From Planctomycetota bacterium (GTDB taxonomy: Bacteria; Planctomycetota; UBA1135), in the NCBI GenBank assembly GCA_027020785.1, contig JALUVI010000069.1, forward strand, positions 1 to 50,972: a stretch of 50,972 nt of DNA. The letters run 5' to 3'. Below, piece by piece: positions 26,368 to 34,492 of this stretch. A program made the translations under genes and the position numbers. The first letter of the stretch is position 1; every line of letters starts with the position of its first letter. The notes beneath the pieces were generated by a model that was given only the letters and a program-made list of their open reading frames with translations, had not been told where the DNA came from and did no database searches.

Positions 26368-27387
26368 ATGACGCGCTCCCTGTTCTTCCTGGCCTTCCTC
26401 GCCGCGAGCCTGGTCGCGGACCGGGCCGCCGCCCAGTGCCCCGGCCCGCCACCTCCACCCGGCATCTCCACCGACACCCCGCAGTCCGGGATGAAGCCGG
26501 ACTTCGGCCCCGTGGACGATGCGCCGGCCACCACCGGCGCGCGGCCCACCCGACCGAGCACGCCGAGCACGCCGAACGCGCCGAGTGCGCCGGGCGCACC
26601 CAACCGCCCCGCGACTCCGGCCCTCCCCGCCACGCCTGCCGGCACCGCCGGTGCGCCGGCCATGACCGGCGGTGAACAGCTCCCGACCGCGCACGGCCCG
26701 AGCGCGCGCACCCTGCTGACCGTGGCCTGGACCTACCCGGTCCTCCTCGCGGACGCGGTGGACGGTCGCCGGACCTACGCCCGCCAGGCGCCTCGGGCCC
26801 TGCCCCGGGACGAGGCCTTCCGCCGCCTCGCCGGCGACGACCCCAGGCCGCTCCTGGTCCTCCGCGAGTGCGCGTACTGCCTCGGCAGCGAACGCGCCCT
26901 CCTGCGCGGCGGCGAGGACGACACCAAGACCTTCCTGCTGTCGCAGTGGTTCCATTGCGTGCGTTTGCCCAAGGAGGTCCTACGTTCCGACCACCCGTTC
27001 CACGAAGTGTTCGGTACGCCGGCACCCCACCTGCTCCTGGCGTCGCCCGATGGAACCGAGGTCGTCGCCATGCCGGGCGACCTCTCACGGGTCCAGCTCT
27101 GGAAGGCGATGGAGACCATGCTGGCCCAACACTACGACGGCCCGCTCCAGCAGCGGCTGCGCGGCCTGAACCGTCTGGTCGGCAAGTACGACGCGGTGGA
27201 CGAGGAGATCCGGGCGCTGCTCCATCAGCAGGAGCTCGCCGCCGAGAAGTACGGACCGCGGTCGGCCAAGGCGAAGAGGCTGGCGCGCCGTCTGGCCAAG
27301 GCCCGGGCCGAACGCGAGGAGCTGGACCGCCAGCGGGACGAGCTCCTCGACCTGCCGCTCCGGACGCCCGCCGCCCGGAACCCCTAG
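26368..27387 (+). CDS. cassette gene A2: Cys paralog of A1 (signal peptide, Cys-24, Pro-rich linker, thioredoxin-fold CAYC domain, coiled coil)
   Basis: MTRSLFFLAFLAASLVADRAAAQCPGPPPPP... Shared blocks with A1: LPTxHG, PLLVLREC..C, QWFHCV.LP, DHPF, LW.AMET.L, EKYGP. This is the real part of ORF 25465..27387. Confidence 0.75.
   Translation: MTRSLFFLAFLAASLVADRAAAQCPGPPPPPGISTDTPQSGMKPDFGPVDDAPATTGARPTRPSTPSTPNAPSAPGAPNRPATPALPATPAGTAGAPAMTGGEQLPTAHGPSARTLLTVAWTYPVLLADAVDGRRTYARQAPRALPRDEAFRRLAGDDPRPLLVLRECAYCLGSERALLRGGEDDTKTFLLSQWFHCVRLPKEVLRSDHPFHEVFGTPAPHLLLASPDGTEVVAMPGDLSRVQLWKAMETMLAQHYDGPLQQRLRGLNRLVGKYDAVDEEIRALLHQQELAAEKYGPRSAKAKRLARRLAKARAEREELDRQRDELLDLPLRTPAARNP
26554..26598 (+). 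repeat. five tandem degenerate 9-bp repeats inside the A2 linker
   Basis: ccgagcacg ccgagcacg ccgaacgcg ccgagtgcg ccgggcgca, encoding PST-PST-PNA-PSA-PGA. Confidence 0.7.
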
Positions 27388-27399
27388 ACCGGGCTCTGC

Positions 27400-28554
27400 G
27401 TGCTCGCCCTCACCGGCCTGCTCCTGGCCGCCATGAGCGCCCTCCCGCCGCAGACGGCGGGGGGCGCCGGGGAACGAGACCCCTACACCAGGGGCGAGCC
27501 GCAGGCGATGCAAAGGGCCGGCTATCGCTCCTTCGGCCCGTTCCGACTGTTCCGCGACGTCACCAGCGCCAAGGTGGACGAGGCCCTGGGCGACGTCGGC
27601 CTGCACTGGATCGAGACCGAGCACTTCCGAATCGGGTGCTCCCTGGGAGCGATGCGGCCGAGCGGCAGCCGGGAGCGCAAGGCCCTGGCCGCGGAACTCG
27701 AGACCCTGCGCGAACGCCTGCCGGGCGTCCCGCGACGGCCTTCCCGCGTGGATCCGTGGCTACGCGCCCACCTCTGGGCGGCCCGCGCCGAGCGGACCTA
27801 CGAACGCTTCGCCGCGCTGGCCTGCCCCGACCCCGAGCGTGACGCCCGACGGATCGATTCCCAGCGGTCCTACGTCCTCCTCCTGTTCGGCGACGCGGCG
27901 CAGGTCGGGCGGTTCCGCGACGCCTTCCTCGGCGAAGGGTTGTCCGGCGAGGCCTTCCGCTGGTCCATTCCGGTCGGCCGCGTCGAGCTCTACGCCACGC
28001 ACGGGGCGGCCCCGGCCTACCTGGACTCGGAGCTCGCCCTGCGCTGCAACGTCACCTATGCCCTGACCCGCAATCTACTCGACGGCTATCGGGGGCACAC
28101 CTTCCCGGTCCCGGCCTGGCTGTCGGTCGGACTCGGACACCTCCTGGCGCGCGAGATCAGCCCGCGCTACGACTACTTCGCCGAGGACCGCGACTACGGA
28201 CCGGATGACGTACGGGTCTGGGACTGGGCTCCACGCGTGCGGGCCCGCGTGTCCCACGGCATGGCGAGGAGCGGACGCGCGCTGGCCGCCCCCTTCGACG
28301 ACGCGGACTTCTCATACGCCGATCACATGACGGCCTGGTCGCGAGTGGACCACCTGGTGAGCACCGACCCGGCGGGCTTCGCCCGATTCGTGCACGCGCT
28401 GAAGGCGCCGTTCGGACCGGACGAGGAACCGATCACCGTGGAGGCTCTGCATCAGCGCCACTGGCAGGCGCTCCGCGAAGCCTTCGGCTGGACGCCGGAG
28501 GAATGGGACCGGGCTTGGCGGGCGTGGGTGCTCGCGACCTACCCCAGGCGCTAG
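27400..28554 (+). CDS. cassette gene B2: paralog of B1
   Basis: ORF 27400..28554 with a GTG start and signal-like N-terminus VLALTGLLLAAMSALPP. It shares the conserved blocks listed for B1. Confidence 0.7.
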   Translation: MLALTGLLLAAMSALPPQTAGGAGERDPYTRGEPQAMQRAGYRSFGPFRLFRDVTSAKVDEALGDVGLHWIETEHFRIGCSLGAMRPSGSRERKALAAELETLRERLPGVPRRPSRVDPWLRAHLWAARAERTYERFAALACPDPERDARRIDSQRSYVLLLFGDAAQVGRFRDAFLGEGLSGEAFRWSIPVGRVELYATHGAAPAYLDSELALRCNVTYALTRNLLDGYRGHTFPVPAWLSVGLGHLLAREISPRYDYFAEDRDYGPDDVRVWDWAPRVRARVSHGMARSGRALAAPFDDADFSYADHMTAWSRVDHLVSTDPAGFARFVHALKAPFGPDEEPITVEALHQRHWQALREAFGWTPEEWDRAWRAWVLATYPRR

Positions 28555-28583
28555 CGGTCGGGCGGCCAAGGGGGCGGCGAGGG

Positions 28584-28589
28584 TAGAAC
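28584..28589 (+). promoter_or_regulatory. -10-like box TAGAAC, 6 nt upstream of GTG 28596
   Basis: GAGGGTAGAACGGGGCCGTG. Confidence 0.35.
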
Positions 28590-28595
28590 GGGGCC

Positions 28596-29801
28596 GTGCC
28601 CGTCACCCTCCTCCCCTCGCTCGTCCTCCTCCTGACCTGCGCCCCGCCGGCCCAGGAACCCGCCGCCGCAGTCGAAACCGTCGCCGGCGACTTCGGCCTC
28701 GGCCTGCGTCCCGTGGGCCTGCGCTTCGACCAACCGTTGTGGGTGGTCTCGGCGCCCGACGACGCCGAGGTCCTCTTCGTGGTGGAGAAGCCGGGGCGGG
28801 TACGTGCCGTGGTCCGCGGCGAGCTCCAGCGGGAGCCGGTGCTCGACCTGCGCGATCGCATCTCGGACCGTTCCGAGCGCGGGCTCCTGTGCCTGGTGTT
28901 CCATCCGAACTGGGGACGGGACGGCGAGGACTCGGTCTTCCTGCACTGGAACGACCGCAGCGGGCACACCCACGTCACCCGAAACCACCTGCCGCGCCCC
29001 GAACCGGGTGCCCCCTGGCGCGCGACCGACGAGGAGGAACTCCTGCTGTTCGTGGAGCAGCCCTTCCCCAACCACGATGGAGGCCAGCTCGCCTTCGGCC
29101 CGGACGGCCATCTCTACATCGGCCTCGGCGACGGTGGCGCAGCCAACGACCCGCTCGCCGCCGGCCAGGACCTCACCACCCACCTGGCGAAGATCCTACG
29201 CATCGACGTGGACGGCGGCAGCCCCTACGCCATCCCTGCCGACAACCCCTTCGTGGACGTGGAAGGCGCCCGACCGGAGATCTGGGCCTACGGCCTGCGC
29301 AATCCCTGGCGCTTCTCGTTCGACCCGGAGACGGGCGACCTCTGGATCGGCGACGTCGGCCAGAACCTGTGGGAGGAAGTGGACTTCCTGCCCGCCGACC
29401 ACGGGGGCGGCGCCAATTTCGGCTGGCGGCGCTGGGAGGGCAGCCACCCCTTCGACCCCGACCTGGAACTCGGGCCGACCCCACACGTGCCGCCGATCTT
29501 CGAGTACCCCCACGGGGCTCCGCACTACGACTGCTCGGTGACGGGAGGGTTCGTCTACCGCGGTGACGCCATCCCGGAGCTGCGCGGCTGGTACCTGTGG
29601 GCCGACTACTGCAGCGGACGGGTCGGGGCCCTGAAACAGGAGGGCGGGCAGCTGGTCGCTTCGCTGGACCTGACCCGCGACCTGGCGCCGAACACGAAGC
29701 TGCCAGCGCTGTGCTCCTTTGGACGCGACGCCGACGGCGAGCTCTACCTGGTCAGCCTCCAGGGGCCGGTCTGGAAGATCGTCCCGGAGGAGGCGGACTG
29801 A
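28596..29801 (+). CDS. PQQ-dependent sugar dehydrogenase (soluble aldose/sorbosone dehydrogenase, YliI-like)
   Basis: ERGLLCLVFHP, NHDGGQLAFGPDGHLYIGLGDGG, YGLRNPWRFSFD, WIGDVGQNLWEEV and GGFVYRG are characteristic beta-propeller motifs. Confidence 0.88.
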   Translation: MPVTLLPSLVLLLTCAPPAQEPAAAVETVAGDFGLGLRPVGLRFDQPLWVVSAPDDAEVLFVVEKPGRVRAVVRGELQREPVLDLRDRISDRSERGLLCLVFHPNWGRDGEDSVFLHWNDRSGHTHVTRNHLPRPEPGAPWRATDEEELLLFVEQPFPNHDGGQLAFGPDGHLYIGLGDGGAANDPLAAGQDLTTHLAKILRIDVDGGSPYAIPADNPFVDVEGARPEIWAYGLRNPWRFSFDPETGDLWIGDVGQNLWEEVDFLPADHGGGANFGWRRWEGSHPFDPDLELGPTPHVPPIFEYPHGAPHYDCSVTGGFVYRGDAIPELRGWYLWADYCSGRVGALKQEGGQLVASLDLTRDLAPNTKLPALCSFGRDADGELYLVSLQGPVWKIVPEEAD

Positions 29802-29881
29802 CCCCGCTGCGGCGGAACTCCACGCGGACGTCTCGGGGCGCTGGGAGGGAGGCTGGGCGCCCCCCCCCGGCGGGCGGGGAA

Positions 29882-29959
29882 TGGTCGGGGCGAGAAGATT
29901 CGAACTTCCGACCTCTGCAACCCCATTGCAGCGCGCTATCCAGACTGCGCCACGCCCCG
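29882..29959 (-). tRNA. tRNA-Pro (anticodon GGG), CCA encoded
   Basis: The reverse complement is CGGGGCGTGGCGCAGTCTGGATAGCGCGCTGCAATGGGGTTGCAGAGGTCGGAAGTTCGAATCTTCTCGCCCCGACCA. I folded the cloverleaf by hand: 7-bp acceptor stem, anticodon loop A-U-GGG-G-U, T loop TTCGAAT. Confidence 0.9.
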
Positions 29960-29970
29960 ACCGGTGGGGA

Positions 29971-29976
29971 ATTGTA
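29971..29976 (-). promoter_or_regulatory. -10-like box TACAAT upstream of tRNA-Pro
   Basis: The reverse complement reads GCGTACAATTCCCCACCGG, followed by the tRNA 5' end 11 nt downstream. Confidence 0.45.
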
Positions 29977-30114
29977 CGCGCCGGAGGGCCTGGCTGGCAA
30001 GAGGGGCCAGGCGACGCGAGGCGCGGGGGAAAGCGGCTCAAGCCGGACCGCGGTGATCCGCAAAGGGGGTGGCAGCGTCGTTGGAAGAAGGAGCGCTGAC
30101 TGCCATGATGGGTG

Positions 30115-30148
30115 CCGGCGGCCGCAAGGCCGCCGGTTTTCTTCTTCT
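30115..30148 (+). terminator. intrinsic terminator with no annotated gene upstream (orphan)
   Basis: CCGGCGGCC-GCAA-GGCCGCCGG (9 bp perfect, GNRA loop) followed by TTTTCTTCTTCT. A T-run like this is rare in this GC-rich window. Confidence 0.6.
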
Positions 30149-30271
30149 GGGCCGCGGAGCGCGTCTCCCACCCCGCCGGCCCCGATGGTTCGCCGTTCGA
30201 AAGCTCAAGGAGGCCGAGGCACGGCCGTGAAGGAAGGGCGGTCGAGCCCCCGGCTCGATCCGAACTCCGAC

Positions 30272-32599
30272 ATGAAGACCCTCCTCCTCACGACGACCTT
30301 GACACTGGTGAGTCTGGCCGCAGCGCCCCCCGTGGCCGCGGCATCCCCTTCCGCCCTCGCCCCGCAGCAGGAGCTCCGCCAGGTCTCCGGCGAGCGCGTG
30401 ACCAGGACCCGGCGCGCCGTGCCCAAGGGCGGGGCCGTCGGCGCCACGCACGGCGACACTGCGGCGCGCAAGAGCAAGAAGAAGGGCGCGAAGTCCTCGA
30501 GCCTGGCCGTCCTGGCCAGGCGCATGGGCATCGATACCAAGCGCCTGCGCTCCGAAGTCGTCCGGCTCCGGCGGACGGCGAACCCGCGGATCGCCGTGAG
30601 TCGCTTCATGGCCCGGATGGGCGACCTCCTACCCGAAACGACGGCAGCCCGCAACGCCGTCTTCCGCCGTCTTGCGACGATGGCGGGCAAGGGCAAGCGA
30701 CGGGCGCAGCTGATGCAGGCGTTCCAACGCACCGACCGTTCTGCGTCGGCCTCCGGAGGGGGCGCCTCCGCAGGCAACCGACGCGGCGCCGGCGGCGGAA
30801 CCTCCGAGGTCAACGTCGGCCCCGGTGAGTTCGCCTCGAACCCGGCCGGCGGCACCGCCCAACCGATGACCACGCGCGGCTTCGGCATCGTCGGCTGGAC
30901 GGCCACCGACGGGTTGGCCGACCAACTCCAGGAGATCGGGTTCCAGGACTCGCTCTACCGACGGACGTTCTTCCTCCCCGACCCGCAGCGCGGCAGCCTC
31001 ATCGGGCGTGACTTCGCGCTCGCCTCGAGCCGCGGCTATCGCACCTGGCTGACCTGCGTCGGTACGCCGATGGACCTGTCGCCCCACCCGGAGGAGACCG
31101 GGACCGAGTACGGGACCGGGCTCGAGGCCTACGCCCGCTACGTCCCCACCGACGGCGTGGCCTGGGCCGACCGGGTCCTCGACTTCATCGACACCATCGA
31201 GGCCACGCCCGGCGCGCGGGTGGACCACGTCGAGATCTGGAACGAGGTCGAGCGGGTCGAATGGTTCTCGTCCTCGCTCGAGGAGTTCCTCGCCTTCTAC
31301 GACGCGGCGGCGACCCGCATCAAGACGGTGCGCCCCGACATCGAGGTCGGCGGTCCCGGCCTGGCCGGCTGGAGCAGTACCATGGGTGGCGACGAATCGG
31401 TGCTCTTCGCCTTGGTGCGCCACGTCGCCGAGAGCGGTGCGCCGCTGGACTTCGTGTCGTGGCACCACTACACCGAGGCCAACGAGCTGCTGGCCAGTCG
31501 GGTGGTGGAGAAGCTGCGCAAGCTGCAGGTCTCGCTGGGCCTGCCGCGCTTCGAGACCGTGGTCAGCGAATGGAACCTGTACCCCAGCGCACAGGGCGAA
31601 CACGGCTACCAGTTCGACGGCCCCTGGGCGGCGGCGGCCTACGCCGGCTTCTCCACCACCGCAGGGGAAATGGGGCTGGACGCCAACCTGTTCTTCCTCG
31701 ACGTGGACGAAGCGGACGACGGCGGTCTGACCGACCTCGCGGGGGTCGGCCTCGGCGCCATCACTCACCACGGCATCCGCAAGCCGGTGGCCCGGTTGAT
31801 GGAGATCCTCCTCGGCATGGCGCGGGAGAGCGTGGTGCCGGTCGAGGCGCCCCTCCAGGAGTACTCGGTGCGCATCGCCGCCACGCGGCTCGGCACCAGG
31901 GTCCGCTACGTCATCAGCAACGCGCCGGTCAGCGGCCACTGGATGTTCGTGACGAAGTCCAGGGAGGCCGGCATGGACCCGGGCTGGTTGTACCCGATCT
32001 GGCTCGCCGCAGGCGGTCCCCAGGCGACGGTGACCACGCTCATGGCCCAGGGGCTGACCGAGCAGCAGGCCGAGGACACGCTGGCCTTCATCCCGGCGGT
32101 GCTCGAGGCCGACGTGGAGACGGCCCAGCCCACCGAGGTCGTCCTCACCCTGACCGGCACCGCCCCCGTCCAGGTCACCGAGGTGCGGCGCTTCACCCAG
32201 ACCGTCAACGCACCGGCGAACCACCTGGACACGCTGACTCCGCAGCTCCAGCTCGCCGAGGACATGGCCCGCGAGGCGACGGCCATCGAGGTCGCGGACT
32301 TCCTGACCACGGAAGGCTACCCGACCACCTCGGACGAGCTGCTCGGCATCGATCAGGAATTCAAGGACTGGGCCGACGGTCGGGGCATCCCCTTCGGCAT
32401 CCAGGTCCGGGCCATCGCGATGATGAACCAGGGGCTGTTCGACAACCGCATCGTCCAGGGCGCCTGGCTGAACACCCTCCCCGAGACGACCGTCCTGGTC
32501 GAGGACGCCCAGAGCGCCGGCGTGGTGCTCGACGGCCGCAAGCTCCGCCTGACCATGGAGCCCGACAGCGTGGTCGTCGTGGACGTCGAGATCTACTGA
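30272..32599 (+). CDS. secreted clan GH-A glycoside hydrolase (GH39-like) with a basic low-complexity N-terminal region
   Basis: Signal peptide MKTLLLTTTLTLVSLAAAPPVAAA. Candidate acid/base motif VEIWNEVE and nucleophile motif VVSEWN. This is the real part of ORF 29597..32599. Confidence 0.6.
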   Translation: MKTLLLTTTLTLVSLAAAPPVAAASPSALAPQQELRQVSGERVTRTRRAVPKGGAVGATHGDTAARKSKKKGAKSSSLAVLARRMGIDTKRLRSEVVRLRRTANPRIAVSRFMARMGDLLPETTAARNAVFRRLATMAGKGKRRAQLMQAFQRTDRSASASGGGASAGNRRGAGGGTSEVNVGPGEFASNPAGGTAQPMTTRGFGIVGWTATDGLADQLQEIGFQDSLYRRTFFLPDPQRGSLIGRDFALASSRGYRTWLTCVGTPMDLSPHPEETGTEYGTGLEAYARYVPTDGVAWADRVLDFIDTIEATPGARVDHVEIWNEVERVEWFSSSLEEFLAFYDAAATRIKTVRPDIEVGGPGLAGWSSTMGGDESVLFALVRHVAESGAPLDFVSWHHYTEANELLASRVVEKLRKLQVSLGLPRFETVVSEWNLYPSAQGEHGYQFDGPWAAAAYAGFSTTAGEMGLDANLFFLDVDEADDGGLTDLAGVGLGAITHHGIRKPVARLMEILLGMARESVVPVEAPLQEYSVRIAATRLGTRVRYVISNAPVSGHWMFVTKSREAGMDPGWLYPIWLAAGGPQATVTTLMAQGLTEQQAEDTLAFIPAVLEADVETAQPTEVVLTLTGTAPVQVTEVRRFTQTVNAPANHLDTLTPQLQLAEDMAREATAIEVADFLTTEGYPTTSDELLGIDQEFKDWADGRGIPFGIQVRAIAMMNQGLFDNRIVQGAWLNTLPETTVLVEDAQSAGVVLDGRKLRLTMEPDSVVVVDVEIY

Positions 32600-33135
32600 C
32601 CCGAAGGAAGCGCGGGGTCGGCGCACCAACGCCAGACCCCGCGCTGGCCCGGGGTCTCCTCGACCTTCAGTTCGAGGGCCCGCAGCCGCAGGCTCGGGAA
32701 ACGCTCTTGCAGGCGGCGCCCCAACTCTCGGCCGAGCCAACCCGCGAGGTTCTCGGCCGAGGTGTTGTTGATGGGAAGGACCAGGACGTCCTCCACCGGG
32801 GCGACGTAGCGACGTTCGCGATAGCGGACCTCGACCTCGTCGCCGCGGCGCTCCCAGGTCAGGACCGGGTGTTCCCCCGGCACCAGCCAACGCTCGTCCA
32901 GCTCGTCCACCAGCTCGCGCACCACCGGTTTGACCCGCTTGAAGTCGAGCACCAGACCGTGGTCGTCCAATCGGCCCTCCAGGGCGACGTAGACCCGGTA
33001 GTTGTGACCGTGCAAACGCTCCGCGCTGCCGTCCGGAAAGATCAGGAAGTGGGCCGACGAGAACTGCAGGTACTGCTTGTCGATCTCGATGCTCCAGCGC
33101 TCGCTCCCGGGAGGCAGGCCGGGCGAACCGCTCAC
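32593..33135 (-). CDS. 6-pyruvoyl-tetrahydropterin synthase / QueD-family protein
   Basis: FSSAHFLIF...ERLHGHNYRV is the PTPS zinc-binding pattern. The GTG start overlaps the upstream stop (GTGA). Confidence 0.7.
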   Translation of the reverse strand: MSGSPGLPPGSERWSIEIDKQYLQFSSAHFLIFPDGSAERLHGHNYRVYVALEGRLDDHGLVLDFKRVKPVVRELVDELDERWLVPGEHPVLTWERRGDEVEVRYRERRYVAPVEDVLVLPINNTSAENLAGWLGRELGRRLQERFPSLRLRALELKVEETPGQRGVWRWCADPALPSGQ

Positions 33136-33977
33136 GGCGCCAGCGCCTCCAACGCGAACACCGGACCGTCCACGCAGGTCTTGGCCCAGGGCCAGGCGCC
33201 GAGAGGTCCGTCGGGATCGGTGGCGACGGCGCAGGCGTTGCACACGCCGAAACCGCATCCCATGTAGGTCTCCAGGCTGACCTCGGCGTCGAGCCCGCGG
33301 ACACGGCAGAACCGGGCGAAGGCATGGAGGAGCCCCTCGGGCCCGCAGGCTGCGAAGCGGGCGTCGGCGGGCAGACGGCCGGCGTCGAGCTCGGTCGCGA
33401 GCAGGTCCAGCACGCTGCCGTGGAACCCGGCGTCGCCCTCGTCGGTGGCGGTGAGGAGCGGCGTCCCCAAGGCGGCGAAGGCGGCGAGGTCGTAGAGCCT
33501 CGGCGCCGAACGGGCGCCGTAGAGGAGCCAGGTGCGCTCACCGGCGCCCGCGGCCCGGCGCTCCTCGAGGTAGGCGAAGAAGGGGGCGCTGCCGACGCCG
33601 CCGGCCACCAGCACCACCGGCCGCTCGGGCGGGGGCAGGACGAAGCCGTTGCCGAGCGGCAGCGTGAGCGCGACGTGGTCGCCGAGGGAGAGGGCGTCGA
33701 GGGCTCGGGTGCCGGGCCCGAGGACCTGGACCAGGAAGGTGAAACGTTCCGGAGCGGGACGCTGGTAGATGCTGAAGGGACGCGGGATCACCGGGCCGGG
33801 ACCGAGGTCGTGCTCGCTCCACGGCGAGAGCATGGCGAAGCGCCCCGGCGGCTGCGGAGGCGGCGGGTCGTCCACCTCGACCTCGAGGACGAAGGCGTCG
33901 GGGCCACAGTCGCGCCGCGCGGTGATCCAGGCGCGCCGACAACCGACCCCGGTCGCGTCCGGCGCGGCGGTGTCCAT
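33132..33977 (-). CDS. PyrK-like FAD/NAD(P)-binding oxidoreductase with a C-terminal 2Fe-2S motif
   Basis: RPFSIY (FAD), VLVAGGVGSAPF (NAD) and C-terminal CGFGVCNAC. ATG at 33977 with TACAAT 6 nt upstream. Confidence 0.7.
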   Translation of the reverse strand: MDTAAPDATGVGCRRAWITARRDCGPDAFVLEVEVDDPPPPQPPGRFAMLSPWSEHDLGPGPVIPRPFSIYQRPAPERFTFLVQVLGPGTRALDALSLGDHVALTLPLGNGFVLPPPERPVVLVAGGVGSAPFFAYLEERRAAGAGERTWLLYGARSAPRLYDLAAFAALGTPLLTATDEGDAGFHGSVLDLLATELDAGRLPADARFAACGPEGLLHAFARFCRVRGLDAEVSLETYMGCGFGVCNACAVATDPDGPLGAWPWAKTCVDGPVFALEALAP

Positions 33978-33983
33978 GGCCGG

Positions 33984-33989
33984 ATTGTA
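33984..33989 (-). promoter_or_regulatory. -10-like box TACAAT, 6 nt upstream of ATG 33977
   Basis: The reverse complement reads GGGCTACAATCCGGCCATG. Confidence 0.5.
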
Positions 33990-33997
33990 GCCCGGCC

Positions 33998-34003
33998 TAG
34001 AAT
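33998..34003 (+). promoter_or_regulatory. -10-like box TAGAAT, 6 nt upstream of ATG 34010
   Basis: GGCCTAGAATGCGACCATG. Confidence 0.5.
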
Positions 34004-34009
34004 GCGACC

Positions 34010-34492
34010 ATGACCGCGTGCGACCCTCCCCAGGTCCACCCCGAAGCGCGGGGCGTCCGACCGGAAAGGCCGGTGCGGGCCGCCGGCGTGCTGGTCTGGA
34101 CCGGCGACGCCGACGACCCGCGGTTCCTGCTGCTGCAGAACGCCCGCCACGGCACCTGGGGCTTCGCCAAGGGCCACCTCGAGGGGGGCGAGGCCGAGCT
34201 GGAAGGTGCGCTGCGCGAACTCGCCGAGGAGACCGGTCTGCGCCTGGATGCGGAGGACCTGGTCCCGGACTGGAACGACGCCGCGCTCTACCGCACGCCG
34301 AACGGTGCGTGGAAGCGGGTCGTACTCTTCCTCGCGGCGCGGCCGACCCCGACCGAGGCCCTGCAGCGCTCGGACGAGCACGCCCGTCACGCCTGGGCGA
34401 CCGTCGGCGAGGCCCTGGAACGCCTGGAACACGAGGACCTGCGTCGGGCCCTGGTCCGCGCCGCGACCCGGCTGCGCCCTCCGAGGCCATGA
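34010..34492 (+). CDS. NUDIX hydrolase
   Basis: Nudix box GHLEGGEAELEGALRELAEETGL. Confidence 0.88.
   Translation: MTACDPPQVHPEARGVRPERPVRAAGVLVWTGDADDPRFLLLQNARHGTWGFAKGHLEGGEAELEGALRELAEETGLRLDAEDLVPDWNDAALYRTPNGAWKRVVLFLAARPTPTEALQRSDEHARHAWATVGEALERLEHEDLRRALVRAATRLRPPRP

Noticed and set aside
27385-27402. A2 and B2 are in the same reading frame, separated only by TAG plus four codons. This could indicate a fusion or stop-codon read-through.
   Set aside because: TAG is not a Sec codon. B2 has its own signal-peptide-like N-terminus starting at GTG 27400. The A1/B1 pair is in different frames, so a fused A-B protein is not a conserved feature.
29860-29868. A C9 homopolymer just 3' of tRNA-Pro, and a C8 run at 37382-37389, considered as possible phase-variation tracts.
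   Set aside because: Both are intergenic and not positioned between promoter elements or inside a CDS. They are probably just part of GC-rich hairpin or terminator sequence.
29977-30148. An attempt to identify the structured segment as SRP (4.5S) RNA, 6S RNA or a known riboswitch class.
   Set aside because: The GGAAGAAGGAGCGCUGAC segment does not reproduce the SRP domain IV consensus. I could not find B12-box, TPP, c-di-GMP, ZTP or fluoride core motifs by eye. It is reported only as an orphan terminator with a structured leader.
29719-30230. ORF 29719..30099 (126 aa), a 41-codon ORF from ATG 30105, and ORF 30112..30828, all lying between the dehydrogenase and hydrolase genes.
   Set aside because: The first runs antisense across tRNA-Pro and is Arg/Gly/Pro-rich. 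The second reads straight through the terminator hairpin. The third is an alternative frame of the hydrolase gene. None has motifs or a convincing start context.
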